From NCBI GenBank assembly GCA_001643675.2, contig LSRY02000030.1, positions 868,001 to 932,000 of the forward strand: DNA of 64,000 bases, given 5' to 3'. Source of the DNA: Monocercomonoides exilis PA203 (Eukaryota > Protista > Preaxostyla). The notes below the pieces were generated by a model. That model had not been told where the DNA came from and searched no databases. It worked only from the letters and a program-made list of their open reading frames with translations. Both the position numbers and the translations under genes were made by a program. Of this stretch, positions 11,271 through 23,741 are shown piece after piece. The number at the start of each line of letters is the position of its first letter. Position 1 is the stretch's first letter.

Positions 11271-14200
11271 ATGTCTATTTCATCGTCTGTTCTGATGCAA
11301 AATGTTAGCAATCATCACAATATTTCTGGTCAGAACGAAAAAGAAAGTCATAACGATTCAAAAGAGACAGAAACGAATCAATCAGCTTCAAATATAATTT
11401 CAGGTATTTGCAAAAAGTCATTTATAATTAATTTTTATTCTTAATTTGAAAATGAACTTCTATTTTTCAAAAAATTTTAAGATTCAAAGATGAAAGAAGC
11501 ATCTTCTTCTTATTTGACAAACAAAACTGATTTATCGAATGTCACATCAAGCAATAATCAAAAAGAGTCTTTTCAAAATTCTGAAAAAGATAACCAGAAA
11601 GAAATGCAATTTATAACTCCACATTTTTCAAAAGCATACTACTCTTCGTATTATCAAAATGAAAATAGTTGTTCATGGGAACGGAACAAAGAAGATTCAT
11701 CCAATAAAGCGTTGTTATCCAACTCATTTTATTCTCAAGAATCAGAGGCTATCAAAGCAAATTCAACTTCTGGATATTTTGATTTTTCGAGGGACATCTT
11801 CAATGTTTTATCACCTTCGCCATCTCCAAAGCCTTTTTTCCCTTCATCTCCAACTCCAAGTGACAGTTTTATAATTTCCCCACCACCTCCTCTTTCTCCC
11901 TCATCATTTGTTCCGTGTCCCGAACCATCTCCTTTACATTTTTCTTCAATCATTGGGAATGGTTTGCCTTATAAGCAAGCAATGGATGATTCATGGAGAA
12001 AAAAAATAACTTTAGTCCAAGAGACTACCGAAAACGTTGAAGAGCATCAAACAGCAGGGTTGCTTAAGCAAGCTGCAGCATATCCTCAAAGGAGTGATAT
12101 TGGAGCAGGCAAAGAAATCAATATAAGCGCCTATCAAAAAGCATTTCAGCGACTCGACAGAATTGACACATATCGTCCAAGCGATGATTTGTCCAAAGGA
12201 GATGCAGAATTCGTGCTGTGCGAACACAACGAAGATGCATCGCAAATGAAACAAAAGGAAGAAAAAGCTGCAGAGGAAGAAAGAAGAGACAAAGAAGAGA
12301 AAGAAAACAAGAATGAAGATTATTCATTAACAAATGAATTGCGTACAAATAGAAACGAGGCAAAAGACAACCAACATTTGCATAATGATGAAGCATCCAT
12401 CACAACATTTTACTCGCCAATAACTCTTCATTCACAGCAAATTGATTCTCTTTCTTTGCCTTCTTCTTCTTCTTCTTCTTCTTCTTCTTCTTCCTCCTCC
12501 TCCTCCTCCTCCTCCTCCTCCTCCTCCTCCTCCTCCTCTTCCTCTTCCTCTTCCTCCTCCTCCTCTTCTTCTTCAAACAAAACAACATATTTCTCAGACT
12601 CCTTAACAACCTCATCCTCCATGTTTTCTGCTCTTCCATTCTCTTCTCCTTCAGATTCTTCTCATTTGTGCATATCTCTCCACCCATTCATGGACTACCA
12701 ACACACTTTGTCTTCTTCTCATTCTAAGGAAGACATAAAAATGCCTCAAAAACAATCATTTTCTGCGAGAGGTGAGGAGGAGGAGAAAATTGTTATCGCT
12801 TCTGCTTCCTCTGCTTCCTTTGCTTCCTCCTCCTCTTCTCCTCTCTGCTTTATTCCAACTTCTTCATCCTCTTCCTCTTCCTCTTCCTCTTCTTTATCCT
12901 CGTTCCCTTTGTCTTGTCTTCAAAGTGTATCAGACAATTCCCATTCATTTCTTTCAACCGACATTTCAATCAACCAGAATGAAGAAGAAGAAGAAGAAAA
13001 GGAAAACGAAAAAGAAATAGAAGATACAAAGAACATTGAAAATTCCACTTCCAAATCATCATCTCAAACATCTCAAGATAAATCGATTTCTTCTTCTTCC
13101 ACCTCTTCGCATGCCATTTCTTCTTCTTCCAATCAACCAACAGATGAAATCGAAAAAATGCAGCTTTTCTCTATTAAACCAACAAATTATGCGAAAAATT
13201 CTGATTTTTCTGTGTCTTCTTCTTTTTCTTCATCGCCTGTTAAAAATTATTCTCTTCGTTCATTGACGAATTCTCAACCACTTCAACATATTCCATTTCA
13301 TCAGCAATCTATCATTTCAGATGAACCTGCTAATACTTTATCATCTTCCTCAAAACAATTATTAGATTCTTCTTCCTCTCCTTCTCCTTCTTCTTCATCT
13401 TCCTCATTTTCCTCCTCTTTCTCTTCTTCTCCTCCCTCCCCCTCTTCTCCTTCAAATTCGTTTATTCCAAAACTTCCTTCACAAAATACATCCATCAACA
13501 TTTCGTCATTTCATTCGTCTTCCATTTCTGAAGATGAAATCACTTCACATTCATTCCTGTCATCATCATCATCATCATCATCATCATCTTCTTCTTCTTC
13601 TTCTCAACAACATAATCGTCACATTATTAATTCTCCTTCTCCTTCTCCTTCATCTTCATCTTCTCTTTCATTATCATCATCTTCTTCTTCCTCCTTCCAC
13701 ACAAAAACGATCATCTTGCCCAGTTTCCATCGAGCATCCGAAGATGAAGAAGAAGAAGGAGAGGAAGGAGGAGGAGAAGAAGAAGGAAAATTAAATGAAA
13801 AGCAATATTTTGAAGTAAAAACAGAAGAAAAGAATGAGAATGAAAATTCTTTCAATGAAACATTGAATTCATCTTCTTCAAATGCTCCTGTGCAATCATC
13901 ACTTGATTCAACATACTCTTCCATTTCTTCTGTTTCTTCTTCTTCTACAATCTCTTCTTCTCTTTCCACTTCTTCTTCTTCTTCTTCAAAAACTTCTTCT
14001 TCTTCATCTTCCTCTTCCTCCTCCTCCTCCTCTTCCTTCCTCTCCTCCTCTCCCAACTTCCAATTCCCTTCTCCTTCTCTCTTCTCTCCATTCTACCCAG
14101 AGTCACCCATCTTATCGCCTGCTCTTTCTTTCTCTCCTTATTCGCCTTATTCTTCTTGTGGTGTTCCTTCAATTTCTTCTTCTTCTTCTTCTTCTTCTTC

Positions 14201-15326
14201 TTCTTCTCATTCTCCGCCTCAGATCTCCTTCTCTTCTTCCTCTTCCTCTTCTTCTTCCCTCTCTCTTCCATCTTCTTCTCCTTCATCATCATCATCTTCT
14301 TCTTCTTCCTCTTCCTCTTCCTCTTCTTCTTCCTCTCTCCAACCACCCTCTCAAAATAATCTTAATTCTGATCCAATTTCGTGCAGTCTTTTCAATCTGT
14401 CTGAAATATCTTCTCCAATCAGCTCATCTTCTCCTCAAATAATAATTCCGATTTCTCTTCCACCTTCTTCTCCCCCTTCTCCTTCTCCTTCTCCTTCTCC
14501 TTCTCCTTCTGATTCTTGTTCTCCTTCTCCTTCGATTTCTTTATCTGAGACAGACAACAATCTTTCTCTTTCTTCTTCTCTCTCTTCTTCTCCTTCTCTT
14601 TCTTCTTCTTCCTTCTCCTCCCTTTCTTCTGATATTCTTAGCGCAGAACATTCGTCTTTCTCTCAAATGAAGAATGTGATTGAGACAATCTCTTTGATTC
14701 CGTTCAGCCCTCTTGCTCAGACAGGTCACATGGCTCAGAAAGAGAAGGAAATGAAGAATATGAAAGATGTGAAGGAAGAGAAGGAGAAGGAGAAAGAGGA
14801 GAAGAAGGAGAAACAAATGCAGATGATGAATAATGAATTACCTCTCTCAACAACATCATCGTTATCATCGTCACTTTCATCTTCTCCTTCTCCTTCTTTA
14901 TCTTCCTTTTCTTCTCCTCAACCATCAACCTCTGCTTCCATGTCAACATCAGTCTCAACTTCAACATTTCAATCTTCCTCCTCCTCTTCTCCTTCTTCTT
15001 CTCCTCTTCCGTTCTCCTCTTCTCTCTCTGACACAACCATTTCTCTATCTTCGCCTTCTCCTTCTCCCTCTCTCTCCCCCTTTTCTTCCTCTTCCTTCTC
15101 CTCTCCTTCTCCCTTTTCTTCTCCCTTTTCTTCTTCTTCTTCTTCTTCTTCTTCTTCTTCCTCCTCCTCTTCTTCTTCCTCATCTCTTTCCTCTTCTCTT
15201 CTTCCCATCAGACCAAAACGTCCTTCTGCTCTTTTCTCCACCACACTCTCTCCAAGTGCCACTGCCTTCCATCCCTCAAAGCTGAAATCTTCTATCATCA
15301 AAAAATCACCTTATACAAAACATTCT

Positions 15327-15358
<32 letters not shown>

Positions 15359-17615
15359 CTCCTCCTCTTCTTCTTCTCATCATCATCATCATCATCACAC
15401 ATCAAATAGCAATTCTCATTCAAATTCAAATTCTCGCCATCATTCCAGTTCTCATTCACATTCACATTCACGTTCTCATTCACACAAACACACTCACTCT
15501 CCTTCTCCTATCAACCCTTCAAACAACATTCATTCTTCTTCTTCTTCTTCTTCCTCCTCTTCTTCCTCTTCTTCTTCAAAGTCTTTAAAAAAATCTTCTA
15601 TTTTGTCCATTCTCTCTTCTTTTTCCTTTTTGGGATCTTCTTCTCGCAAACCTTTCAACCCTTCTTCTTCTTCTTCTTCTTCCTCTTCTCTTTCATCATC
15701 ATCATCATCTTCCTCTTCCTCCTCCTCCTCCTCTTCTCTATTGAATTCTTTCGACACCTCACTCACAGCAGAAGAAGAACTGGAACTTGTCCACAATCCA
15801 TTTTTGAGGGAAAGAGTAAGACAAACACAACTTTCTCATCTCTCAAAGACTTCTAATGCTCTGAAATCTTTGCATTCTTCTTCCTCTTCCTCTTCCTATT
15901 CTTCTCTTTCTCTTTCTTCTTCTGCTCTTCTAAAGGGAAAGAAGAGGAAAACCACAAAATTAGAAGGGAAAGACAAGCAAATGAGAGAAACAAGTGCAAG
16001 TTGTGTGAGAAAAGCTTTGACGACGATGAAGAAGAAGAAGAAGAAGAAGCGGAAGATTATCAGCAGAACGAAGAAAATCATAGAGAATTTAGTGCCAGTG
16101 AAGAAAATGGCTGGAAAGGAAGGGAAAAAATGGGTGGAGGAGGAGAAAATGAATGTGGAAGGGGTGAAAAAAGAAGTGAAATGGAATTTCCCTTCGTTTC
16201 GATTGGGCAAAGAAGAAGAAGAAGAAGAAGAGGGAAATTCAAAAAAAGTGTTTGAAAACAAGGAGAAAGGTGAGAAAGAGGTTTGCTTTGAGGAAGTGGA
16301 TGAAGAGCTGTGGAGGTGCTATGAGGAAGTGAAGCAGAATGTGAATGAAGCGAAGGAAGACAGAAATTTTGACACGATTTTTGAGAAAACGATGACGACA
16401 CAAGAAATCCAATGTATTCAGGACGAGTTTAACTTCTGCAATCATTTGTTTTTCCTGGAGAATGAGGTGCTGGCGAAGAAAGAGGAGAGAAAAAGAGAAG
16501 AAAACGAAGAAATGTGCTTGTCTTCGTTGGATAACGAGCAGGATATGAAGATTGAGTTTGAGATGGCAGAAGAAGAAGAAGAAGAAGAAGGAAGGGAGAA
16601 AATGTTTGAGGGAAAAGAGAAATTTGATGTGGAATTAAAATTTGATGAAAAGAAATCGATTGAGAAGGAGGAGGGAAAGGGGAGTGAATTGAAGGAAGAG
16701 AAAAAGGAAAAACAAGAAGAAGGAGGAGGAGGAGGAGAAGAAATGGAAATGGAAGTGGAAGAGGAGGAAGAAGGATGGGAAGAAGAAGAAGAGGAAGAGG
16801 AGGAAGAGGAGGAAATGGAAGAAGAAGAAGATGATGATGAATTATTAAATGAAAAAGAGAAGAAAGAAGGAGAAGGAGAAGGAGAAGGAGGAGAAGAAGA
16901 AGAAATCGACGATGAAGCTAATGCACCAATAGATCCATCTTCTCTGAATGAATATGAAATTCCTGAACTTCCCTTGTTTTTTGATGTGATGTCTTTTCTG
17001 CCAAATTCGATGGTGCAACAGCAAATGCAATACAAACAAGGAGAATTCAACTTCATCCCAGAAGATGCGAAGATGGCGCTTTTTGCAGGGAAAGAAGGAG
17101 GAGAAGGAGAAGGAGAAGGAGGAAGAGAAGGAGAAAGAGAAGGAGAAATAATCGACAAAATGAGTTTTGTTCAGCATGAGCAGATGATGGGGTATCCGTT
17201 CTATTCAGATTATGACTCGATTTATATGCCTCCTCATCCTTCGCCTCTGGTTGAGCCTTTTGTTTCTTCTTCTTCTTCTTCTTCTTCCTCTTCCTCTTCT
17301 TCTGCTTCAGAAGACAACAATGGAGAATTCAATCAAGTTGCACTGCCGAAGACATCACTGTGTTATTTCTATGCGAAGGGCAAGTGCAAATACGGAGATG
17401 CTTGTTGGGATATGTATGAATTTTTAGAATTTTTTATTGTTGTGATTTTTTCATTGAAATACTTATGTTTTTTTTAATCTTTTCCTCCATCTTATTGAAA
17501 TCTATTTTATTCTTGAACAACATATTTATTGACTTATTTATTTATTTATTTCTCTCCATTCATTCTTTATCAAATTTATGCTTTATTTCCTTCCTTCCTT
17601 CCTTCCTTCCTTCCT

Positions 17616-17655
<40 letters not shown>

Positions 17656-18783
17656 AGTCACGGCTCCCCCTGTCCTCACTGTGGCGCCAAAGTGATGCAT
17701 CCCTCCATTCCTCTCATTGAAACTCTCCCTCTCCACCACCAAACATGCACTTTTCTGAAAGACAGAACAGCCATCAGCTTTTCTGACGACGCCATCAAAA
17801 GCACAGCAGCACTGGAGCATTCGTTCCGCTCACACCAGAACTCAGCGAACGGATCGAAGCATTCAGCGAACTTTCAGTATTTGCATTCACATTCTAATTC
17901 TTCTTCTTCTTCTTCTTCGACGTCATCATCTTCTTCTAATTCTTCTTCATCATCTTCTTCTCATTCAATGCACAACTGGCAAAAGGGAAGCAACTCACAG
18001 AATAAAAATGCAAATTCTTCCTCTTCCTCTTCTTCTTCTTCGCAAAATGATTCTCATCAGCCAGAACAATCAAATTCATTAACCTCATCATCATCATCTT
18101 CTTCTTCTTCTTCTTCATCTACAACATCATCTTCATCTCCAACAACCTCATTAACCTCTTCCTCCTCTTCATCTTCATCTTCTTTATCCTTATCTTCTTT
18201 TTCTTCCTCCCCTTCTTCTCTTTCCTCAGGTTTCAAGCACACGATGGCCTCTCTTCGCACTCCGCCCACAAGAGCCTATGCCAAAAGAGGCAGACACAAA
18301 CCATGGGGAACAATCAGAAGTGGCACATTGAGTGGGAGAATGAGGCAGGAGAACAATGCTCGTTCACATCAGGAGAGGGAGAGGGAGAAGGAGAAGGTGA
18401 AGATAAAAGAAAGAGAAAGAGAGAAGGAGAAGGAGAAAGAAAGAGAAAAGAATTCGAGTAAGGTAGCAGGAATTGGAGGGGCGAGTCATTATGAAAGCTC
18501 AACTGTGCAATCTAACAGCACTTTGGATGAGCAAAAGAATTCATCTTTTCAGACAAAAGAAGGAGCGAAAAAGGAAAACGAGCGAAGTTCAAAAGCAGAA
18601 AGGGAATTTGCTGCGAAAGAAGATCAAAATTTCGTTACGAAAGCTGAACAATCTGAAGTGCATCACAATTGCGAGAGAAGAAATCGGATAAAGAAAAGCC
18701 GGTTTCGCCAGCTGAAAGAGCGAAAGGCTTTGCATCAGTCTTATTCTTCATCAGAGGAAGTTGATCGATCTGCGAAGCAGTGA
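11271..18783 (+). CDS. ~2400-aa Ser/Glu low-complexity protein with one C3H zinc finger plus makorin-type Cys-His motif (3 exons)
   Basis: Exons 11271-11403, 11482-17413 and 17658-18783 join in frame across GT-AG introns 11404-11481 and 17414-17657. Splicing creates CYFYAKGKCKYGDACWDIHGSPCPHCGAKVMHP...HHQTC. Further upstream exons cannot be excluded. Confidence 0.75.
17587..17651 (+). repeat. (TTCC)n and (CT)n microsatellites forming the polypyrimidine tract of intron 17414-17657
   Basis: Direct reading; the tract immediately precedes the CAG acceptor at 17655-17657. Confidence 0.85.
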
Positions 18784-19016
18784 AATTCAAATAAGAATAT
18801 AAAAACTCGAAACTAATGTTATTTCTTAGAACTTATTTTTTTATTTTTATTTTATTTTTTTTTATTTTTAGATATCTTTACGTTAAAAAATGTTTATTTC
18901 AATAATTGTCCATCTTTAATTTCACACCACTCAATAAAAATTGTATTTTTTGTTCCCAAAGCACGAGATGCAGCAAATGAACTTAGAATAAAAGTACCAT
19001 TTTCACAAAGAATGTA

Positions 19017-21055
19017 GGGTGATTTATTAACCCGAATATTTTTTTTAACCCGAACATTTTTTTTATTAATAAGTTTAATCAACCCACTTTTCATATTTTA
19101 TTAATTGTTTTGAGTATATAAGGAAAAGTCAGAAGTCAGAAATTAAGATCAAATTACTATACCTAATCTCTGATGGGGGGGGAGATGGGGGGGTTAGCTC
19201 CTCCATCTCTGATTGGTGCCTCCCCTGAGGAGATTAGGTAATAGCAACGGGGCTGACTAAGTTAGAATTTGATTGAAAAATTTTTTTTGATTTTTTTTTC
19301 ATTTCAAAAAAAAAATTTTTTAAAATAAAAAAAATGATCATAACCAAAAAATATTTTTAAATGAGTGTTGTGGAAATCAAAAGACAACAAGGATTAAAGA
19401 AAATTAGAAGTTTAATGAGATCCTTCCAATATCGACATATTGAAAGTAGATTAGAGCGTGTTGCAACAATTATTTCTAATGGAGAAGCTCGGGTTGCTGA
19501 TGCTGCGAACATGAAGGAATTTACTCGTTCGGCAATTGATAGGGCAGTTACTGCTGTGGAAAAAGGAAGGAAGGCAGGGAAAAATGGAAGACCAGAATTA
19601 TTCAATCAGGAAGAAAAGGAAACTATATTTGGAGTGCTAAAAATCGAATGTGAAAGTGGGACAAGTTACAATGCTGCGCAAATGAGGAAATTAGTTTGTT
19701 ACAATTTTTAATTTATTGTATTTATCTATTTTTTATATATTCAGATGAACACTGTTATCAATGATAGGAAAAAAGACGACTTCGACGAAGAAGATGAAGA
19801 AGTGAACATTTCGAAAGCATATCCTTATCAGTACACAAAAAGGAACCCCGATCTCAAAGCTTCTCATCCTCGAAATGTCGACATCCAAAGGCTCTCCGCA
19901 TCAAACCAACAAACTCTTCTTCCATTTTTCACTCTTCTACAAAACCTTCATGATCAACATCATTATTCTAACTCTCTCATCTTTAATATTGATGAATCTT
20001 CTCTCCGACTCTCTGATTCTTTCTCTTCTCTTGTTTTCCATCCTTCCGACATGCCTGCCGGTTTCTCCAAAACACCAATGAACATGCCGAATTCAACTCT
20101 CGTCGTTGCAGCTGCAGCTGATGGCTACTCCCTAAAAAGCGTCGTTCTGTGGCCTTGTCGGAAACTGCCAGATGAACTGCGCCTTGTTCTGAGTTCGCAG
20201 TTAGATGTTTGGGGTGAAAATGAAGGCTGGATGACTGAAGCGCTATTCCTCAAATATGCTGAAGAAGTGTTGCTTCCAGGGATCACACAAAGAAGAGAAA
20301 CTTTGAAGAAGAAAGATGAACGTTGCCTTCTCCTTCTTGATTCTCATTCTTCGAGAGCGCAGCCTGACTTGTGGAAGAAGTTCGCCGATTCTTCAATAGA
20401 TGTGGTCACCTTCGTACCCCACACCACTCACATCGCACAGCCGTTGGATCGTGGGGTGTTTGCTGTTTTTAAAAAGACAATAAATGCTAATTATGAAGCG
20501 CCTTCTTCTTCTTCTGTTGTTTTGCGACGAGAAGCGCTCGCTGATGTGCTTCCACAAGCTTTACAAACTTCTTTGTTGCCTTCTACAATCAAATCATCAT
20601 TTGCGAAGAGCGGAGTACTGTCACATCAGTGGCACGAAGTGTTAGCGAAGCTGCCAAAAGAACCTTCTGTCACTCTGAAGAAAAGAACAAAAAGGTTTGA
20701 TTATTTTGGAAAATTAATTACCGATGAAGAATTTTTAATAGAATGGAAAAAAGAAAAGGATGAAAGAAAAGAGTCAAAAAATGAAGAAAAAGATAATGAA
20801 GAAATTGAAAAGGCTTTGTTTGAAGATGAAAAACCGAAAAAAAGAAAATTCGACCCATTGAAAATTTTAAATGATGATTTTTCTGATGATGAAAAAAAAG
20901 AAAGAAATACTCGAAAAATTGTCAAACGAGAGCTTGTTGATTATATTTATTATTAATATTTTTTAAAAAACGAAATCAATACACAATACACAAAAATAAA
21001 TTTGTTTATTTTTTATTCGGGTTTTCAAAAAAATATTCGGGTTAATAAATCACCC
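19017..21055 (+). mobile_element. pogo-type (Tc1/mariner superfamily) DNA transposon, apparently intact, copy 1
   Basis: 29-bp TIRs GGGTGATTTATTAACCCGAATATTTTTTT / AAAAAAATATTCGGGTTAATAAATCACCC, with an inner ACCCGAA repeat. TA target duplication at 19015-16 and 21056-57. Confidence 0.95.
19361..20956 (+). CDS. DD35D transposase (DDE_1 family), 514 aa, 2 exons
   Basis: Exon 19361-19693, phase-0 intron 19694-19744 (GTTTGT..TTCAG), exon 19745-20956. Motifs IFNIDES, LLLLDSHSSR and THIAQPLDRGVF; 35 residues lie between the second and third Asp. Confidence 0.92.
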
Positions 21056-21314
21056 TATCTTAGATTTCGCAGTAAATTGAGAAGGTTTCTGAAGGCAAAA
21101 GTTCATTAATAATTCAAAGAAGTTGTTCTTTGATCAAATGTTTCATAAATGGTATGATTGTCAAAAATAAAAACAAATAGAGTTTGCTTTTGAAGATGAA
21201 AAACTCATACATATCAAAATGGCAAATACAAAAGTCGATGTGCCGTGAAATGCTCACCAAAAAATAAATTATCCTAATGTTCCCTAATCACAAGATAGTG
21301 GAAGAATTTCTTTA

Positions 21315-22011
21315 TTAACGTGCACTTCGCTCAAATTTATCAAAAAACGAATCTGAAATGATTGGCTCTTTGTTGAGGTCTTTCTTTTCAATTGCTTTCT
21401 TTTCAATATTTTCTTGATAAAGCTGCAAATTAATATTATGAAAATTATTTATTTTGAAAGAGATGTAAATAATTCGATTAAAAAGTTATCGTGAACGTTT
21501 AAACCTTTTTGTTTTCCTTTGACAAAGCAAGGCTGTATTGTCTTTCTCTCTCTTGCTTTTCTTCATACTTTCTTGTTTGTTCTGCATCAGCACGAAAGAC
21601 TCTCTCAACCTATTAAATGAATAAAAGTCAGGTTTATAAATATAAAATATTCAGGTGTATAAAAAATTTCAAACAATTTTTTGCTCTTCTTGTTTTTCTC
21701 TTTGGAGAGCTTCACGGTGTTTCATCTCTGTTTCTTTCATCCCAGCCAAGACTTCAGAACTGTAAAGAAGAATTAAAAAAGAGAAATATTGATACAAATA
21801 ACTCATTATTCACGTACTGAAGTCTTGCTTTCTCCTTTGGTGAACCGTGTATTGAGGTATATCTTCTCTCAGCAATTTCTTGCTGTTGTTTTCTTAACCT
21901 TTCGATTCTCAATTGTTCCTGCTCATACTTTGTGTCCGTTGAAGTTGCATTTGGTTGACGAAGCAATTTTTTGTGAGAAGGCGAAGTTGAGCTTGAGAAA
22001 GGCCTAGACAT
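21315..22011 (-). CDS. 163-aa coiled-coil protein, 4 exons, ending FFDKFERSAR
   Basis: Exons 22011-21818, 21759-21675, 21609-21505 and 21422-21315 join in frame through canonical GT-AG introns (492 nt total). The product is E/Q/K/R-rich and helical. Confidence 0.75.
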
Positions 22012-22664
22012 TTAAATATTCAAAAAAGGCATAAAGTATATTAAAGATCAGCATTTTTTTCAAAAACAGTTTTATAGTGGAAATAGTGACAAATTGGATA
22101 AAGTTATTAGTTCTTCAAAAATAAAAAGATTGAATGAGTAAATAATTTGTTGTATGAGAATATCTTTTAACAATTTGTTTATTTATTTTAATTTTTTTTT
22201 TATATTTCACTATTAATTTTTGTTATTTTTTCTCAATTCAAAACCTATTTAAATTTTTGAAATATTTTTTCGTAAAGATATTTATGAAAAAAATCAATCA
22301 ATAATTTTCAAAAATAATAAATTTGACAGTGCCAAGCATTGACTGACGTGGGCTCATATTCCAAGATGACAGATGTGAAAATTCATGAAATTCATTTATT
22401 TACCAATTTTGAAATTTTATTGGATTTCTTATCGATATGAAAGATATTTTGTTTCAAAAAAAATTTACAACTTTTCACAAAAAATTATTTCTTGATGATA
22501 TTTTCATGAAAATTTTTTATAATATCATTCATATTTCATTTTGTTTGTTGTTTTATTAGGAGAAGCTTTTTTAATAAAGTGTGTGTCGTTTTCTCATATA
22601 TATAATGGACTTTCGATCTTAAATTATTTATTTTTGTTGCTTTGGATTTAGAAATTGTGTATGC

Positions 22665-23081
22665 ATGAAAACCGATGATAGTGTTACCTTAAGTAATTTG
22701 CATTGTTTTTTATGCATAAGTACACTTCTTCTACTGTTTTTTGTTTGCTCGATTTTTCTCATTTTGCTTTGCGGGAAATCACGCGCTTCAAAACCAAAAT
22801 CACCTCAACCTCCCAAGCCCCCAAGCAGCAAACTTTCGATTCAACATGGTGCAGAGGAAGAAGGACGTTCACAATCAATTCAAGCGTATGAACGAAATCC
22901 AACACAACAAAATGTTGTCAGTTCGCAAGAACCTCAACGACCGAGAATTGCACCCACCGTTAATCAGGACATGCTCGATCCCGAGCCTGAATCCCCTGAA
23001 ACTTCTTCGTTATTTACAATGTCGCTTCACAAACAGGGTCGTTCATTGAAAAATGATCCAGATTCTCTTGAACAGCTTTAA
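22665..23081 (+). CDS. Possible small single-pass membrane protein with a Pro/Gln-rich tail
   Basis: 138-aa ORF with hydrophobic CISTLLLLFFVCSIFLILLC and higher GC than its flanks. The start and any upstream exon are uncertain. Confidence 0.4.
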   Translation: MKTDDSVTLSNLHCFLCISTLLLLFFVCSIFLILLCGKSRASKPKSPQPPKPPSSKLSIQHGAEEEGRSQSIQAYERNPTQQNVVSSQEPQRPRIAPTVNQDMLDPEPESPETSSLFTMSLHKQGRSLKNDPDSLEQL

Positions 23082-23741
23082 AGAGAATCTTCAAAATAAT
23101 TTAATCAATCACAAACATTACTGTCATTTCAATCCTGTTCCATTTCATAATCATATCATTTCTTTTTCAGTTGTTTATTGAATTTTGCATGTATAATTAT
23201 TTAAGGATGTTAAATTATGATATTGCTTAATTTAATGTTGTGTTCATGCTTTCAAAATATTTTTTTTTTTTTTTTAAAAAAAAGGAAGTTGTATTTTGTA
23301 TTTTTTACGAAGTTTTTATTGTCATATTCCTTGCTTTAAAAATAAGTTAAACTTCTTATTATAATCCTTTTTTTGAATGGGCAACTTCAAAAACAAAAAA
23401 GCATCAAATAAATTGCTTTTCAAAATCAATAGAAAACATTATCAAAGGCCTGTTTTCAAAATTAAAAGAATACTTCATGGATAATATGAAAAAAAAAGAA
23501 AATTACATCATCTTTCCATTTAAAATCTTAAAAAACAACTTAAATAAATTGAAATGCAAATTGTATGAAGGAAAAAAGAATCTAATTTCATCTTAAACAC
23601 TAATATGAAGAAAAACAATCCAACGTTATATCAAAAAGACGAAAAGAATGAGTCTGTGATTGCTAAAAACCAGAAAAAAATATTTAATTTCTATTTTATT
23701 AAAGACGATTCATTCAGTGAATGCCCAGCCGTAACAATGGA

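Noticed and set aside
12400-17200. Many overlapping poly-E/K/R/L/F ORFs on other frames and strands
   Set aside because: They are shadows of TCT/TCC/GAA microsatellite codons in the real gene. The same applies to shadow ORFs over the other long genes.
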